Below are positions 37,737 through 48,100 of a DNA stretch of 64,000 nucleotides, in pieces. The notes under the pieces are model-generated. The model made no database searches. It was not told the DNA's origin and saw only the letters and a program-made list of their open reading frames with translations. The DNA comes from an uncultured Muribaculaceae bacterium (GTDB lineage: Bacteria; Bacillota_I; Bacilli_A; RF39; UBA660), in contig CAYJKH010000004.1 in the NCBI GenBank assembly GCA_964371025.1, positions 46,448-110,447 of the forward strand, written 5' to 3'. Position numbers and translations under genes: made by a program. Each line of letters opens with the position of its first letter. Position 1 is the first letter of the stretch.

Positions 37737-38403
37737 AGTCTTTAATTATTTTTGAAAATACTTCTTCACTTATTTCTTCGATTGTTTTTATATGATTATC
37801 TTTAATACAAGATATTACATCCCAGTTATATAATTCAGATAATTCTATATAAGCATTTTCCGCTGCTTGTAAGTGATTTAAGTCACTTTCATGTTGATCT
37901 ATTGAAACTCTATTTTTTCTGAGTTCCAAAGAATATTCTAAAGGCATATGTAAAAATATTGTATTATCGGGTACTGGTAATTTTAATAACCAGTACTCTA
38001 ATTTATCTATCCATTTATAAATATTAAATCTTTCATCTTTATCTATTATTTTAGAACCTTGGTGAGCCATATTAGATGATGTATAACGATCTAAGATTAT
38101 ATAACAATCTTCATCTATCATTTCTAATATTTTATTTACATTATACTTTCTGTCAGCTGCATAGTAAAGTGATGCTATTTGGGGGTCAACATTAGTAGCT
38201 CCTTCTTTAAAATAACCTTCTGATATTTCTTTTTTCCCAAGATATGGGCCTCCGATTATTTTACCAGTTGGACTATCATAAGCTGGAAATTCTACTCTTA
38301 TACACTTTTTACCAGCTGCTAATAATTTTTTTTCTAATAACTTAGATTGCGTTTCTTTTCCAGAACAATCAGTTCCTTCTATAACAATAATTTTACTCTT
38401 CAT
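37735..38403 (-). CDS. tmk: Thymidylate (dTMP) kinase
   Basis: P-loop IVIEGTDCSGKETQ. The GGTGG RBS favours ATG 38403; the ORF-track start is a GTG inside the RBS. Confidence 0.8.
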   Translation of the reverse strand: MKSKIIVIEGTDCSGKETQSKLLEKKLLAAGKKCIRVEFPAYDSPTGKIIGGPYLGKKEISEGYFKEGATNVDPQIASLYYAADRKYNVNKILEMIDEDCYIILDRYTSSNMAHQGSKIIDKDERFNIYKWIDKLEYWLLKLPVPDNTIFLHMPLEYSLELRKNRVSIDQHESDLNHLQAAENAYIELSELYNWDVISCIKDNHIKTIEEISEEVFSKIIKD

Positions 38404-38455
38404 AAATTTTACCACCTTACTAATATAATAACAAAATATTTAATATTAAACAATC

Positions 38456-39034
38456 TTAATCAATAATAATATTATTATCATCGAAATCTACTAGTAAAAA
38501 TTTTCTACTAGCTAGATAATCACACATATGAACAAAATTTTGATGTTTAGTTTTAGGTTTTTCTAATACTTCATTTCCTCTATAATCTTTATTCCAAGGC
38601 CCCATATGAGTTTTAATACTATCAGTTAATAGTATTACCTCATCATCATTTAACATTAATTTATCTTTATTATCTTTAATATAATTAGCTACTAATATTG
38701 GATGATCCACTAAAGTATAAGTACTTTTTTCTAAACCACTTTTTAATCCATCATGTAGTAATAAACCCATTATCATAATATCTTTTTCGGTATCACTATA
38801 TTTATCTCCGATAGAGGGGTTATTTAATAATTCAAATGCAATTCTTACAGCAGCTTTAGTGTGTCTTACTAATCCTTTATCTCCTGTTGTATATTTAGGA
38901 TGATATTTACCAGTAGACGATGCTGGAACTTCATAAAAATAATCTGGTAATAACTCTAACATTATTTCTGCTGATTTTTTTATATTATCATTTTTTATAT
39001 AACTTAATTCTTTACTAAATTCTTTACTTTTCAT
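38456..39034 (-). CDS. HD-domain phosphohydrolase
   Basis: HxxK...LLLHDGLK (H...HD) metal motif. 192 aa. Confidence 0.65.
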   Translation of the reverse strand: MKSKEFSKELSYIKNDNIKKSAEIMLELLPDYFYEVPASSTGKYHPKYTTGDKGLVRHTKAAVRIAFELLNNPSIGDKYSDTEKDIMIMGLLLHDGLKSGLEKSTYTLVDHPILVANYIKDNKDKLMLNDDEVILLTDSIKTHMGPWNKDYRGNEVLEKPKTKHQNFVHMCDYLASRKFLLVDFDDNNIIID

Positions 39035-40124
39035 TTTTCCTACTTTCTAAAAATTTAACTATAACACTATTACTTAAATATAAATAATTTTGATTAATAA
39101 AAATATAATTTTCATTCTCTTTTATATAATTTTCTTCTATTAATTTTGAATAATCGAAATATTCATTTATTTGTTTATTAAATTTTTTAATAAATTTACT
39201 TTTATTAAGACCTTTAATTTTTCTAAATCCTAGTAATATTTCATATTCTAATACATCATCAATAGTAAGTATTTCAATATCTTTGATATATTCATTTAAT
39301 ATATATTTATTAATACTTCTAGTATTTATTATTCTTTTATTATCAATATATGATGCAGCTCCTAATCCAAAACCATAATATGTATTATTATTCCAATAAC
39401 ATAAATTATGTTTTGATTCATATCCTACTTTTGAAAAATTACTAGTTTCATAATGATTAAAGTTATTTTTACTAAATACCTCTTTTATATATTGATACAT
39501 ATTATAATCTATTTCTTCTTCAATATTTTTAAAATTATTAATATATAACTTAGTATTTTTCTCAATTATTAAAGAATATGTTGAAATATGGGTAATATCT
39601 TGTTCTAAAATAAACTCTACATCTTTTTTTAAAACATTAATATTTGGAGTAATCCCATACATTAAATCAAGATTTATATTATTAATCCCGATTTTTTTGG
39701 TAAACTTAATTAACTCTTTTACTTTATCAACATCAATTACTCTATTTAAAATTTTTAAATTAACCTCATTAATTGACTCTAGTCCATAACTTATTCGGTT
39801 AATTCTATTATTTTTAAATAGCAATAACTTATCAGGTGTGGTATTATCAAAATTACATTCAATAGTAACTTCACTATTTTCTTTTAATCTAAAAATTTTT
39901 ATTATTCCAAATAATTTTTTTAACTGTTTAATATTTAAACAACTAGGAGTACCTCCTCCAATATAAAGAGTTTCTAATTCTTCGCCTTGATATTTTTCTT
40001 TTATTTCTTTTTCTAGGCTTAATAAGTATTTATCTACTAAGTTATCATTATAAAAAAGCTTTGGAAAATCGCAATATGAACAAATATTTTCACAAAAAGG
40101 GATATGAATATAACAATTTTTCAT
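39024..40124 (-). CDS. hemW: Radical SAM heme chaperone HemW (HemN-like)
   Basis: YIHIPFCENICSYCDF (CxxxCxxC). Directly downstream of lepA, as in Bacillus. Confidence 0.85.
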   Translation of the reverse strand: MKNCYIHIPFCENICSYCDFPKLFYNDNLVDKYLLSLEKEIKEKYQGEELETLYIGGGTPSCLNIKQLKKLFGIIKIFRLKENSEVTIECNFDNTTPDKLLLFKNNRINRISYGLESINEVNLKILNRVIDVDKVKELIKFTKKIGINNINLDLMYGITPNINVLKKDVEFILEQDITHISTYSLIIEKNTKLYINNFKNIEEEIDYNMYQYIKEVFSKNNFNHYETSNFSKVGYESKHNLCYWNNNTYYGFGLGAASYIDNKRIINTRSINKYILNEYIKDIEILTIDDVLEYEILLGFRKIKGLNKSKFIKKFNKQINEYFDYSKLIEENYIKENENYIFINQNYLYLSNSVIVKFLESRKNEK

Positions 40125-41917
40125 TATTTATCACTAGTTGAAAGAATTGTTAAAAATGCTTCTTGTGGTACTTCTACACTACCAATTTGTTTCATTCTTT
40201 TCTTTCCTGCTTTTTGTTTTTCTAATAATTTTTTCTTACGAGATATATCCCCACCATAACATTTTGCAAGGACATTTTTCTTCATTGCTTTTATATCTGT
40301 TCGAGATATTATATGTGTTCCAATAGCTGCTTGGATTGGTACTTCAAACATTTGACGAGGAATAATTTCTTTTAATTTTTCAACAACAAGTTTTCCTCTT
40401 GTATAAGCAAATTCTTTATGGACTATAACGCTTAATGCATCTACCACATTTCCATTTAATAAAATATCCATCTTTACTAAATTACTAGGACGATATCCTA
40501 TAACTTCATAATCAAATGAAGCATAACCTTTTGTGTATGATTTCATTTTATCAAAAAAGTCATATACTATTTCTGCTAAAGGTACCTCATAATATATTGT
40601 AACTCGATCATTATCAATATAATCCATATTTAAAAATATTCCTCTTTTATTTTGACATAACTCCATAATTGCTCCAATATATTCACTTGGAGAAAAGATA
40701 CTAACTTTTACATAAGGCTCTCTTGTTTCTTTAATTGCTTCTCTACTAGCCATTTTAGATGGTGAATCTACTAGTTCTGTTTTACCATTATTTAAAACTA
40801 CTTCATATATAACAGATGGTGATGTTGCAATTAAATCAATATTAAATTCTCTTTCAATTCTCTCTTCAATAATTTCCATATGAAGAAGTCCTAAAAAACC
40901 ACATCTAAATCCAAATCCTAAAGCATTTGATGTTTCTGGTTCAAACTCTAAGGCTGCATCATTTAATTTTAATTTTTCTAAAGCTTCTCTTAAATCTTCA
41001 AATTTTGATGCTTCAATTGGGTAAAGTCCTGAATAAACCATAGGTTTCATAGGTTTATATCCTGGTAATTTTTCAACATCCTCTTTATCATGGGTAATAG
41101 TATCTCCAACATGAATATCTTTGATACTTTTAATTGAAGCATACAAATAACCTACTTCACCACAACTTAAGCTTGTTACTTTTTTCTCATGGGGAGTATT
41201 TACGGAAAGACCATTAACCTCATAAACAGCATTTGTTTCCATCATTTTAATAGTGTCTCCAACTTTAATAGTACCATCTTTAACTCTAATACTTGCAATT
41301 ACTCCTTTATAAGGATCATATAAACTATCAAATATTAGAGCTCTAAGTTTATCATTACTACTAGCTTTTGGTGATGGAATATATTTAATAATACTTGTTA
41401 ATACATCTTTAATTCCAATTCCATTTTTTGCAGAAGTTAATACTATTTGTTCTTTATTAAAACCTAAACCTTCAATTTCTTTAATAACTTTTTCAACGTC
41501 TGCCGAAGGTAAATCTATTTTATTAATAACTGGAATTATTTCTAAATCATTTTCCATTGCTAAATATAGATTAGCTAAAGTTTGAGCTTCAACTCCTTGA
41601 GCAGCATCTACTATTAGTAACGCTCCTTCACAAGCAGCAAGAGAACGAGATACTTCATAAGAAAAATCTACATGTCCTGGAGTATCAATTAAATGAAAAT
41701 AGTAGTCTTCATTTTCATATTTATAATTAAGTTGCACAGCATTTAATTTAATTGTAATACCACGTTCACGTTCAATATCCATTGAATCTAACATTTGCTC
41801 TTTTAATTCTCTTTTAGTTATAGCTCCTGTTTCTTCTAGTATTCTATCTGCTAAAGTTGACTTTCCATGATCAATATGCGCGATAATACAAAAATTTCTA
41901 ATATTTTCTCTTTTCAT
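40124..41917 (-). CDS. lepA: Translation elongation factor 4
   Basis: [15 protein letters not shown]1 motif, [13 protein letters not shown], LepA C-terminal domain. 597 aa. Confidence 0.95.
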   Translation of the reverse strand: MKRENIRNFCIIAHIDHGKSTLADRILEETGAITKRELKEQMLDSMDIERERGITIKLNAVQLNYKYENEDYYFHLIDTPGHVDFSYEVSRSLAACEGALLIVDAAQGVEAQTLANLYLAMENDLEIIPVINKIDLPSADVEKVIKEIEGLGFNKEQIVLTSAKNGIGIKDVLTSIIKYIPSPKASSNDKLRALIFDSLYDPYKGVIASIRVKDGTIKVGDTIKMMETNAVYEVNGLSVNTPHEKKVTSLSCGEVGYLYASIKSIKDIHVGDTITHDKEDVEKLPGYKPMKPMVYSGLYPIEASKFEDLREALEKLKLNDAALEFEPETSNALGFGFRCGFLGLLHMEIIEERIEREFNIDLIATSPSVIYEVVLNNGKTELVDSPSKMASREAIKETREPYVKVSIFSPSEYIGAIMELCQNKRGIFLNMDYIDNDRVTIYYEVPLAEIVYDFFDKMKSYTKGYASFDYEVIGYRPSNLVKMDILLNGNVVDALSVIVHKEFAYTRGKLVVEKLKEIIPRQMFEVPIQAAIGTHIISRTDIKAMKKNVLAKCYGGDISRKKKLLEKQKAGKKRMKQIGSVEVPQEAFLTILSTSDK

Positions 41918-41967
41918 AATACTCCTCCAATATATTTATTATATCATTTTTTTATACTTTTTTATAT

Positions 41968-41997
41968 AGAAAAATGACTTCTAAAAAGAAGTCATTT
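41968..41997 (-). terminator. Terminator downstream of the tRNA
   Basis: AAATGACTTCT (41972-41982) / AGAAGTCATTT (41987-41997). On the minus strand it is followed by TTTTTC. Confidence 0.7.
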
Positions 41998-42007
41998 AAT
42001 ATTTAAT

Positions 42008-42084
42008 TGGTAGCGACGGAGGGGATCGAACCCCCGACCTTTCGGGTATGAACCGAACGCTCTAGCCAGCTGAGCTACATCGCC
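42008..42084 (-). tRNA. tRNA with CAU anticodon (elongator Met, or Ile2 if lysidine-modified), CCA encoded
   Basis: The reverse complement GGCGATGTAGCTCAGCTGGCTAGAGCGTTCGGTTCATACCCGAAAGGTCGGGGGTTCGATCCCCTCCGTCGCTACCA folds as a 77-nt cloverleaf. Anticodon loop is TTCATAC. Confidence 0.9.
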
Positions 42085-42139
42085 ATAAAAGGTAACAAAT
42101 AAATTATAACAAATATTCATTACCATTTCAAGTAAAATA

Positions 42140-43408
42140 TTACTTTTTGCTAATAATAAAAGATACTCCATTTTTTTCGTTTTTAATTGTAATATTATAA
42201 TTAATTAAACTTAATGTTTTTTGGACAATAGATAATCCCAATCCAAACTGACCATTAACACCTTTTCGAAAAGGTGAAAAAATTCCTGCTAAAAGTTTTT
42301 CTTCAATATTATCACCATCATTATAAACAATTAGTTTATTATTTTTAATAGTTACTTTAATAACACTTTTAGCATATCTCATAGCATTAGAGAATAAATT
42401 GTCTAATATAGTTTCCCAGTATTCATCATTTCCTGTAAAATCAACCTTGTTTGGTACGTCTATTATAAACTCAATATTTTTATTTAAAAATCTAAATTTT
42501 TCTACTTCTTTTAATATTATAGCATTAATATCTACTTTTGTATTTAAAACATTTTTTCCATCACTTAAATAATCTAGTTTATTTAAATATAAAAGAGAAT
42601 GTACTTTTTTTTCTAAAGAATCTATTTGCTCTTTAATAACTGCAATTGACTTATCTTTATCTTCTATGCCGTCCTCACTAGCTTCAATGTATGACTTTAT
42701 AACAGCAATTGGAGTTTTAAAGTCGTGTGATATATTTTGATACATTTGAGTACGATAATTTTCTTGAGTTTTTAAAGAAAGTCTCATATCTTCCATAGCT
42801 AATAATAATGACTTAATCTCATCATCAATTGTAAAATCAATATTATGATCATAATCATCCTTATCAATATTATCTATTTTCTCTTTTAGTTTTTCGATTT
42901 TTTTTATTATATAACTAGACCATAATACTAAAACCAACCCAATTAATAAACAGGTACCTAAAACAACAGGCATAATTCTACTAACTAAGGATGAGTAAGA
43001 TGAATTAATATATTTATCATCTGTAATTGCTATCTTAGTTAAATTATCACTAATAGTCTGATAATAGTAATATGTTCCTCCTCCTATTTCAATTTTTCCA
43101 TAATCATCTGCTAAATATGAAATTAATTCTTCTTTGTCTTTATATTTAATAACTTCATTTATATTATTACTAGTTAATATTTTTCCGTCAATAATATAAA
43201 TAACAGCAACCTCACTATCTATTTCAACTGGAACTTGTTCATTTGTATTCATCATTAATGGTTTAGATAAGTATGAATATAAACTACTTTCCGCTGCTGG
43301 TAAGATAAAATTAGGAAGTAATAGCCCAAGTGATAATGTTAAGATAACAAAGATTAGTCCAATAATAATTAATAATTGTTTGGTTAGTTTTAATTTGTTA
43401 TTTATCAT
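42140..43408 (-). CDS. Sensor histidine kinase
   Basis: Two TM segments flanking an extracytoplasmic domain. H-box SHDFKTPIAVI, N-box LFSNAMRY, G-box GLGLSIV. Confidence 0.85.
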   Translation of the reverse strand: MINNKLKLTKQLLIIIGLIFVILTLSLGLLLPNFILPAAESSLYSYLSKPLMMNTNEQVPVEIDSEVAVIYIIDGKILTSNNINEVIKYKDKEELISYLADDYGKIEIGGGTYYYYQTISDNLTKIAITDDKYINSSYSSLVSRIMPVVLGTCLLIGLVLVLWSSYIIKKIEKLKEKIDNIDKDDYDHNIDFTIDDEIKSLLLAMEDMRLSLKTQENYRTQMYQNISHDFKTPIAVIKSYIEASEDGIEDKDKSIAVIKEQIDSLEKKVHSLLYLNKLDYLSDGKNVLNTKVDINAIILKEVEKFRFLNKNIEFIIDVPNKVDFTGNDEYWETILDNLFSNAMRYAKSVIKVTIKNNKLIVYNDGDNIEEKLLAGIFSPFRKGVNGQFGLGLSIVQKTLSLINYNITIKNEKNGVSFIISKK

Positions 43409-44061
43409 ATTAATCTATACCCATATCCATATATAGCATCTATTTTTAAAATTGGCATTTTCTTTCTTAAACGTCTTACTAAATCATCTACTACTCTATC
43501 AGTTCCAAAGTAATCATTACCCCAAATTAAGTCTAACATATCTTCACGTGCAAAACTTTTATTCATGTTATTTATTAATAATACTAATAAATCAAACTCT
43601 AGTGTTGTTAATTTAATTTCTTCATCTTTTATCTTTACTATCCTTTTTTCAATATTAATAGAATAGTCTTCATAGTAAATAAAATCTTTTGAAGTCTTTT
43701 TATAAACTCTCTTCATTATTTTATCAACTCTTAAAACTAATTCCTTAGGGGAATATGGTTTAGTTAAGTAATCATCACTCCCTAGTTCTAATCCTAATAT
43801 TTTATCAATTTCTTGATCTCTTGCTGAGGTAAATATAACTGGTACTTCTTCATTTTCTTTTCTAATTGCTTTTATAACGTCATATCCTGAAATATCATCT
43901 TCTAGCATAATATCTAAAATCCATAAATCAATTCTTTCTTTATAAGAAATAGCGTCACTTCCTTTAGTAAAACACACTACTTCATAATTATTTTTCTCTA
44001 AATATAATTTTATAATATTTTGAAGATCCAACTCATCTTCTACTAATCCTATTTTTTTCAT
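43405..44061 (-). CDS. OmpR-family response regulator
   Basis: Receiver domain (DLWILDIMLEDD, K at TKPY) plus a winged-helix C-terminus ending GYGYRLI. 4-nt overlap with the kinase gene. Confidence 0.85.
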   Translation of the reverse strand: MKKIGLVEDELDLQNIIKLYLEKNNYEVVCFTKGSDAISYKERIDLWILDIMLEDDISGYDVIKAIRKENEEVPVIFTSARDQEIDKILGLELGSDDYLTKPYSPKELVLRVDKIMKRVYKKTSKDFIYYEDYSINIEKRIVKIKDEEIKLTTLEFDLLVLLINNMNKSFAREDMLDLIWGNDYFGTDRVVDDLVRRLRKKMPILKIDAIYGYGYRLI

Positions 44062-44111
44062 ATTATCTCCTATTAATTTCTAATTATATTATACTATAAA
44101 GTAGTATCTAA

Positions 44112-44585
44112 AATATAGAATAATTATGGGAAATTATGAAAAAAGATATATTTTCATATATCTTTGTACTCTTTTTATATCAACTCCATAATTCATATTT
44201 TTATTTATATACTTAACTTTTAAGTGAGAGGATAAAAAGTTAAGTTGTTCTTATCTATATTCTTTTATTGTTCTATTATATGATCTACCTCCTTTGATGA
44301 ATTAAGTATATAAAATAATTACGGAGGGATTATGATGCAATTATGGGAAATTATGAAAAAAGATATATTTTCATATATCTTTGTACTACTTATTATATCA
44401 ACTCCATAATTCATATTTTTATTTATATACTTAACTTTTAAGTGAGAGGATAAAAAGTTAAGTTGTTCTTATCTATATTCTTTTATTGTTCTATTATATG
44501 ATCTACCTCCTTTGATGAATTAAGTATATAAAATAATTATGGAGATATTATGATTCAATTATGGGAAATTATGAAAAAAAAGAAC
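44112..44585 (+). repeat. Tandem direct repeat, unit about 217 bp, 2 full copies plus a partial third
   Basis: Units 44124-44340 and 44341-44558 are nearly identical. A third copy starts at 44559 and is cut off by the queH 3' end. Each unit holds a small ORF, an 11-bp-stem hairpin (44211-44245, 44428-44462) and a CCTCC element. Confidence 0.9.
44332..44409 (+). CDS. Possible 25-aa hydrophobic peptide (intact copy within the tandem repeat)
   Basis: GGAGGG RBS 4 nt upstream. MMQLWEIMKKDIFSYIFVLLIISTP*. Copy 1 lacks the RBS and first ATG and has a 1-nt deletion. Copy 3 (ATG 44550) diverges after MIQLWEIMKK. Confidence 0.35.
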   Translation: MMQLWEIMKKDIFSYIFVLLIISTP

Positions 44586-44586
44586 T

Positions 44587-45180
44587 TTACGTTCTTTTTG
44601 AAAATTCACAACCACAGTAGGTTTGTCTATACAAATTTAATTCCCTAGATTTAGCAATACTATTTATATAACCATTACTCTTTTTAAAATCAGCATATAA
44701 AAATTTCACATTATATTCATTATTAAGGATTTCTCCAATCTCGTTTATCCACTTACTATTTTTTCTAGGACTTATTGATAAAACGGTTGAAAAATAGTCA
44801 TAATTATTATCTTTTGCATACTTAACAGTATTTTCTAATCGTAACTTATAACATAAATAACATCTCTTACCACCTTCATTATGAGTCTCATATCCTTTTA
44901 CTTCATTATAAAATTCATTTGAATTATAGTTTGCTTTTATTAAATTAACTTTAAACTTATAATTACTTTTTTTTAAGATTTTCTCTAGTTCATTTAGTCT
45001 AATATCATATTCTTCTTTATCCGTTATATTAGGATTATAATAAAATATAGTAACTTTGAAATGATTTGCTACAATATCTAAAACAGTTGTTGAACATGGT
45101 GCACAACAAGCATGTAGTAATAGTGTTTTACCATAACTATCATCATTAATTTGTTCATTCATTATTTTTTCATAATTCAT
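44587..45180 (-). CDS. queH: Epoxyqueuosine reductase QueH (DUF208)
   Basis: LLLHACCAPCS, CYLC and YCGCEFS cysteine motifs. The AAGAGGT RBS favours ATG 45180. Confidence 0.8.
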   Translation of the reverse strand: MNYEKIMNEQINDDSYGKTLLLHACCAPCSTTVLDIVANHFKVTIFYYNPNITDKEEYDIRLNELEKILKKSNYKFKVNLIKANYNSNEFYNEVKGYETHNEGGKRCYLCYKLRLENTVKYAKDNNYDYFSTVLSISPRKNSKWINEIGEILNNEYNVKFLYADFKKSNGYINSIAKSRELNLYRQTYCGCEFSKRT

Positions 45181-45190
45181 ATATACCTCT

Positions 45191-45700
45191 TTATTTAACA
45201 ATTGCCTCGATATCTGGTTCTAATGAAATAGATATTTTTTTAGAAATTGGTTCTAGTTTAGTTATTTTAATATTACATTTTTCTAGTAATTTTTTACTTA
45301 CAATATTATTATCTGATTTACTATATTTATCTGATAAGTAAATAACTTCCTTTATACCAGATTGAATAATAGCTTTAGCACATTCGTTACAAGGGAATAA
45401 ATCAACATAAATCCTTGCATTTTTTAAATCTTCTCTTGCTCCAGCATAATTTAAAATAGCATTTAATTCCGCATGACAAACATAAGCATACTTCGTATCT
45501 ACAAAATCACCTTCTCTTCCCCATGGAAATTCATTATCATTAAAACCATTAGGAGTTCCATTATAACCAACTGATAAAATTCTATTTTCTTTGTTTACAA
45601 TACATGCTCCAACTTTTGTGCTAGGATCTTTACTACGACAGGCACTAAGTTTTGCAATTGCCATAAAATATTCATCCCAAGATATATTATTTTTTTTCAT
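45191..45700 (-). CDS. dCMP deaminase (ComEB-type)
   Basis: Zinc motifs CHAELNAI and PCNECAKAI. 169 aa. Confidence 0.85.
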   Translation of the reverse strand: MKKNNISWDEYFMAIAKLSACRSKDPSTKVGACIVNKENRILSVGYNGTPNGFNDNEFPWGREGDFVDTKYAYVCHAELNAILNYAGAREDLKNARIYVDLFPCNECAKAIIQSGIKEVIYLSDKYSKSDNNIVSKKLLEKCNIKITKLEPISKKISISLEPDIEAIVK

Positions 45701-45801
45701 ATAAACCTCTTTTCTTTCATAAATATTTTATCATATAAATTTATAAAAAACATAAATTTATTAATAATATATGATATAATGATAATAATTGAGAGGTTTT
45801 T

Positions 45802-46512
45802 ATGTATTTATTTTTTTCTTATATATTTTTATTATATTTTATATATTCTGTATTAGGATATGTTATTGAAGTTCTTCATTTACTATATGACAAAAAGAAA
45901 TTTATTTATAGTAGAGGATTTCTACTAGGGCCATATATTCCAATATTTGGAATTGGAGCTTTACTTATTACTTCTATTCTTAGTAAATATAGTAATGATT
46001 TATTTACAGTGTTTATAATGAGTATTGCTTTATGCGGAATCTTAGAGTATCTTACTAGTTATTTTATGGAAAAAATATTTGGTCTTAGATGGTGGGATTA
46101 CTCAACTCACAAATATAACCTTAATGGTAGAATTTCTTTATCAGTATTAATTGGTTTTGGACTTGCTGGAGTTATTTTAGTAAGCTTTATTAATCCTTTT
46201 GTTTATAGTTATATTCATAGTATCGATCCTTTAATTATAATGATTATAGCATCAATTTTAGCTATTTTATTTTTAATAGATTTTGCAATTTGTACTTATG
46301 CAACATTTTTATTGAAGGAAAAAATTGAATCCAATGTTATTACTGATAATACTAGTGAAATTAAAGATTGTCTTAAAAAACTTCTAACTGAATCTAATAT
46401 ATTATACAAACATATTCTTAGAGCATTCCCAAATATTATTAGTATTAATATTAATAAATTAGCAAAATTAAATAGACTTAGATTACCTAAAATAAAAAAA
46501 ACTAGTAAATAG
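45802..46512 (+). CDS. Multi-pass membrane protein (CmpB/DUF1113-like)
   Basis: Five to six TM segments with GPYIPIFGIGA and LRWWDYS motifs, which I associate with the putative 'ABC-transporter type IV' membrane family. Tentative. Confidence 0.45.
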   Translation: MYLFFSYIFLLYFIYSVLGYVIEVLHLLYDKKKFIYSRGFLLGPYIPIFGIGALLITSILSKYSNDLFTVFIMSIALCGILEYLTSYFMEKIFGLRWWDYSTHKYNLNGRISLSVLIGFGLAGVILVSFINPFVYSYIHSIDPLIIMIIASILAILFLIDFAICTYATFLLKEKIESNVITDNTSEIKDCLKKLLTESNILYKHILRAFPNIISININKLAKLNRLRLPKIKKTSK

Positions 46513-46517
46513 TTTTT

Positions 46518-46769
46518 TTATTTTATTATAAATATTGTCATACCTGTATTAAAGTTATCAATTTTATAACTTAAGATATTTTTATTTTCTTTTAAGGTTT
46601 GTTGAGTTGCTTTTTTCAAAATCCCCTCTCCTTCACCGTGTACTATTATTCCTTGTTTTTCTTTTAAGATAATACAGTCGTTAATAAAAGCATTTATTAA
46701 TACTCTTGAACTATCTCTTGTTTCTCCATGTATATCAAGACTTGGAAAACTATTATAAAAATTTATCAT
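46518..46769 (-). CDS. Smr-domain protein
   Basis: LDIHGETRDSS...IIVHGEGEGILK matches the Smr (MutS2 C-terminal) DLHG...HGxGxG pattern. 83 aa. Confidence 0.6.
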   Translation of the reverse strand: MINFYNSFPSLDIHGETRDSSRVLINAFINDCIILKEKQGIIVHGEGEGILKKATQQTLKENKNILSYKIDNFNTGMTIFIIK

Positions 46770-47260
46770 TTATTCTCCTTTGTAGTATAAACAGCATCTT
46801 TTATTCTATATGAGTATACCATACCATCTTCTTCATATATTTCAAATTCTCCATAAATAGTTGTATTAGTATCTAGTGGTGGATAATCAAGTCCATCTTT
46901 AAGAATGAATTCTAATCCTTGAGCACAACATGCTGTTGCATCAGTAATAATAATTACATGAATATCTTCAACTCCCGTATTGTAAGTAGAATATCTTCCT
47001 TCTAATTTAATCGTTTTTCCAACAGCGCTTTTTGGATCATTTACAATGTCATAAACTTCTCCAAAAACCATTGTACTACTTAGAGTAGTTAGATTTATAT
47101 CTATATCATCCTCAGATATATTGACATTGTATTTTTCTTGAAAATCATTTTCAATCGGAGCTTCTACACCTTCTGGAACAATTGTTTTTATATCATTATT
47201 AGTACTAACAGTGCATCCAGTTAATAAAAATAATATTAATAATATATTAAGTATTTTCAT
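46766..47260 (-). CDS. Lipoprotein with a CC motif, co-operonic with the metal ABC importer
   Basis: Lipobox LLTGC at residues 12-16. DATACCAQGLEF motif. Starts 3 nt after the permease stop. Confidence 0.55.
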   Translation of the reverse strand: MKILNILLILFLLTGCTVSTNNDIKTIVPEGVEAPIENDFQEKYNVNISEDDIDINLTTLSSTMVFGEVYDIVNDPKSAVGKTIKLEGRYSTYNTGVEDIHVIIITDATACCAQGLEFILKDGLDYPPLDTNTTIYGEFEIYEEDGMVYSYRIKDAVYTTKENK

Positions 47261-47263
47261 TGA

Positions 47264-48100
47264 TTATCTCCTTTTAATAAACCCTAGTATAAAAAATAAT
47301 ATAAATACAATAATATTAATAGCTACTATTGTAGACCCTACTGGTGTTCCTACTAGGATTGCTGTGATTATTCCAATTAATGTTGCTAATACTCCTACAA
47401 CAGCAGAAGTTATTACAGTGCCTTTATATGATTTATTTATACTTAAGGCTGATAGTGCTGGGAATATTATTAGAGCAGATATTAGTAGTGTTCCGACTAA
47501 GTTCATAGCCAGAACTACAATAACTGCAATCATTACTGCTAATAATAAATTATAATTATTAGTTTTAGTTCCAATTACTTTAGAAAAATCCTCATCAAAT
47601 GTTGTTGCAAATATTTTATTAAAAAATATTATAAATAAACTAATTACAATAATTGATAAAATAATACAAGTAATAACTTCTATACTTGATAAAGTAAGAA
47701 TTGAGGTTGAACCAAATAATGTTACACATACATCTCCAGCTAAATTAGTAGATACTGGAAATATATTCATCAATAAATATCCAATTGCCATAAATGATAC
47801 AGATATCATAGCAATAACGGCGTCTCCATTAATTTTTTTATTATTACCTGTTCTAAGAATAAAAATTGCTGCAATTATAGTAATTATTAAAGTAATAATC
47901 ATATTGTCGATAAATCCTATTAACATAGCCATTACTAAAGCCCCAAAGGCAACATGAGACAGTCCATCTCCAATAAAAGAATATCTTCTTAAAACAAGAG
48001 TTACTCCTAAAAGTGATGCACAAAGCGCAATTAAAACTCCTACAATTAAAGCATACGCTACAAAAGGATAAGTTAAATATTCAAATAATTTATCTATCAT
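47264..48100 (-). CDS. znuB: Metal (Zn/Mn-type) ABC importer permease
   Basis: ABC-3 family multi-pass protein. AGGAGG RBS and an ATG overlapping the ATPase stop (ATGATAGATAA) favour a start at 48100. Confidence 0.8.
   Translation of the reverse strand: MIDKLFEYLTYPFVAYALIVGVLIALCASLLGVTLVLRRYSFIGDGLSHVAFGALVMAMLIGFIDNMIITLIITIIAAIFILRTGNNKKINGDAVIAMISVSFMAIGYLLMNIFPVSTNLAGDVCVTLFGSTSILTLSSIEVITCIILSIIVISLFIIFFNKIFATTFDEDFSKVIGTKTNNYNLLLAVMIAVIVVLAMNLVGTLLISALIIFPALSALSINKSYKGTVITSAVVGVLATLIGIITAILVGTPVGSTIVAINIIVFILFFILGFIKRR

Noticed and set aside
47211-47555. 114-aa plus-strand ORF, and 55610..55954 likewise
   Set aside because: They are antisense to the znuB-like permease and to cvpA respectively. 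Membrane-protein genes in AT-rich genomes commonly give long open antisense frames.
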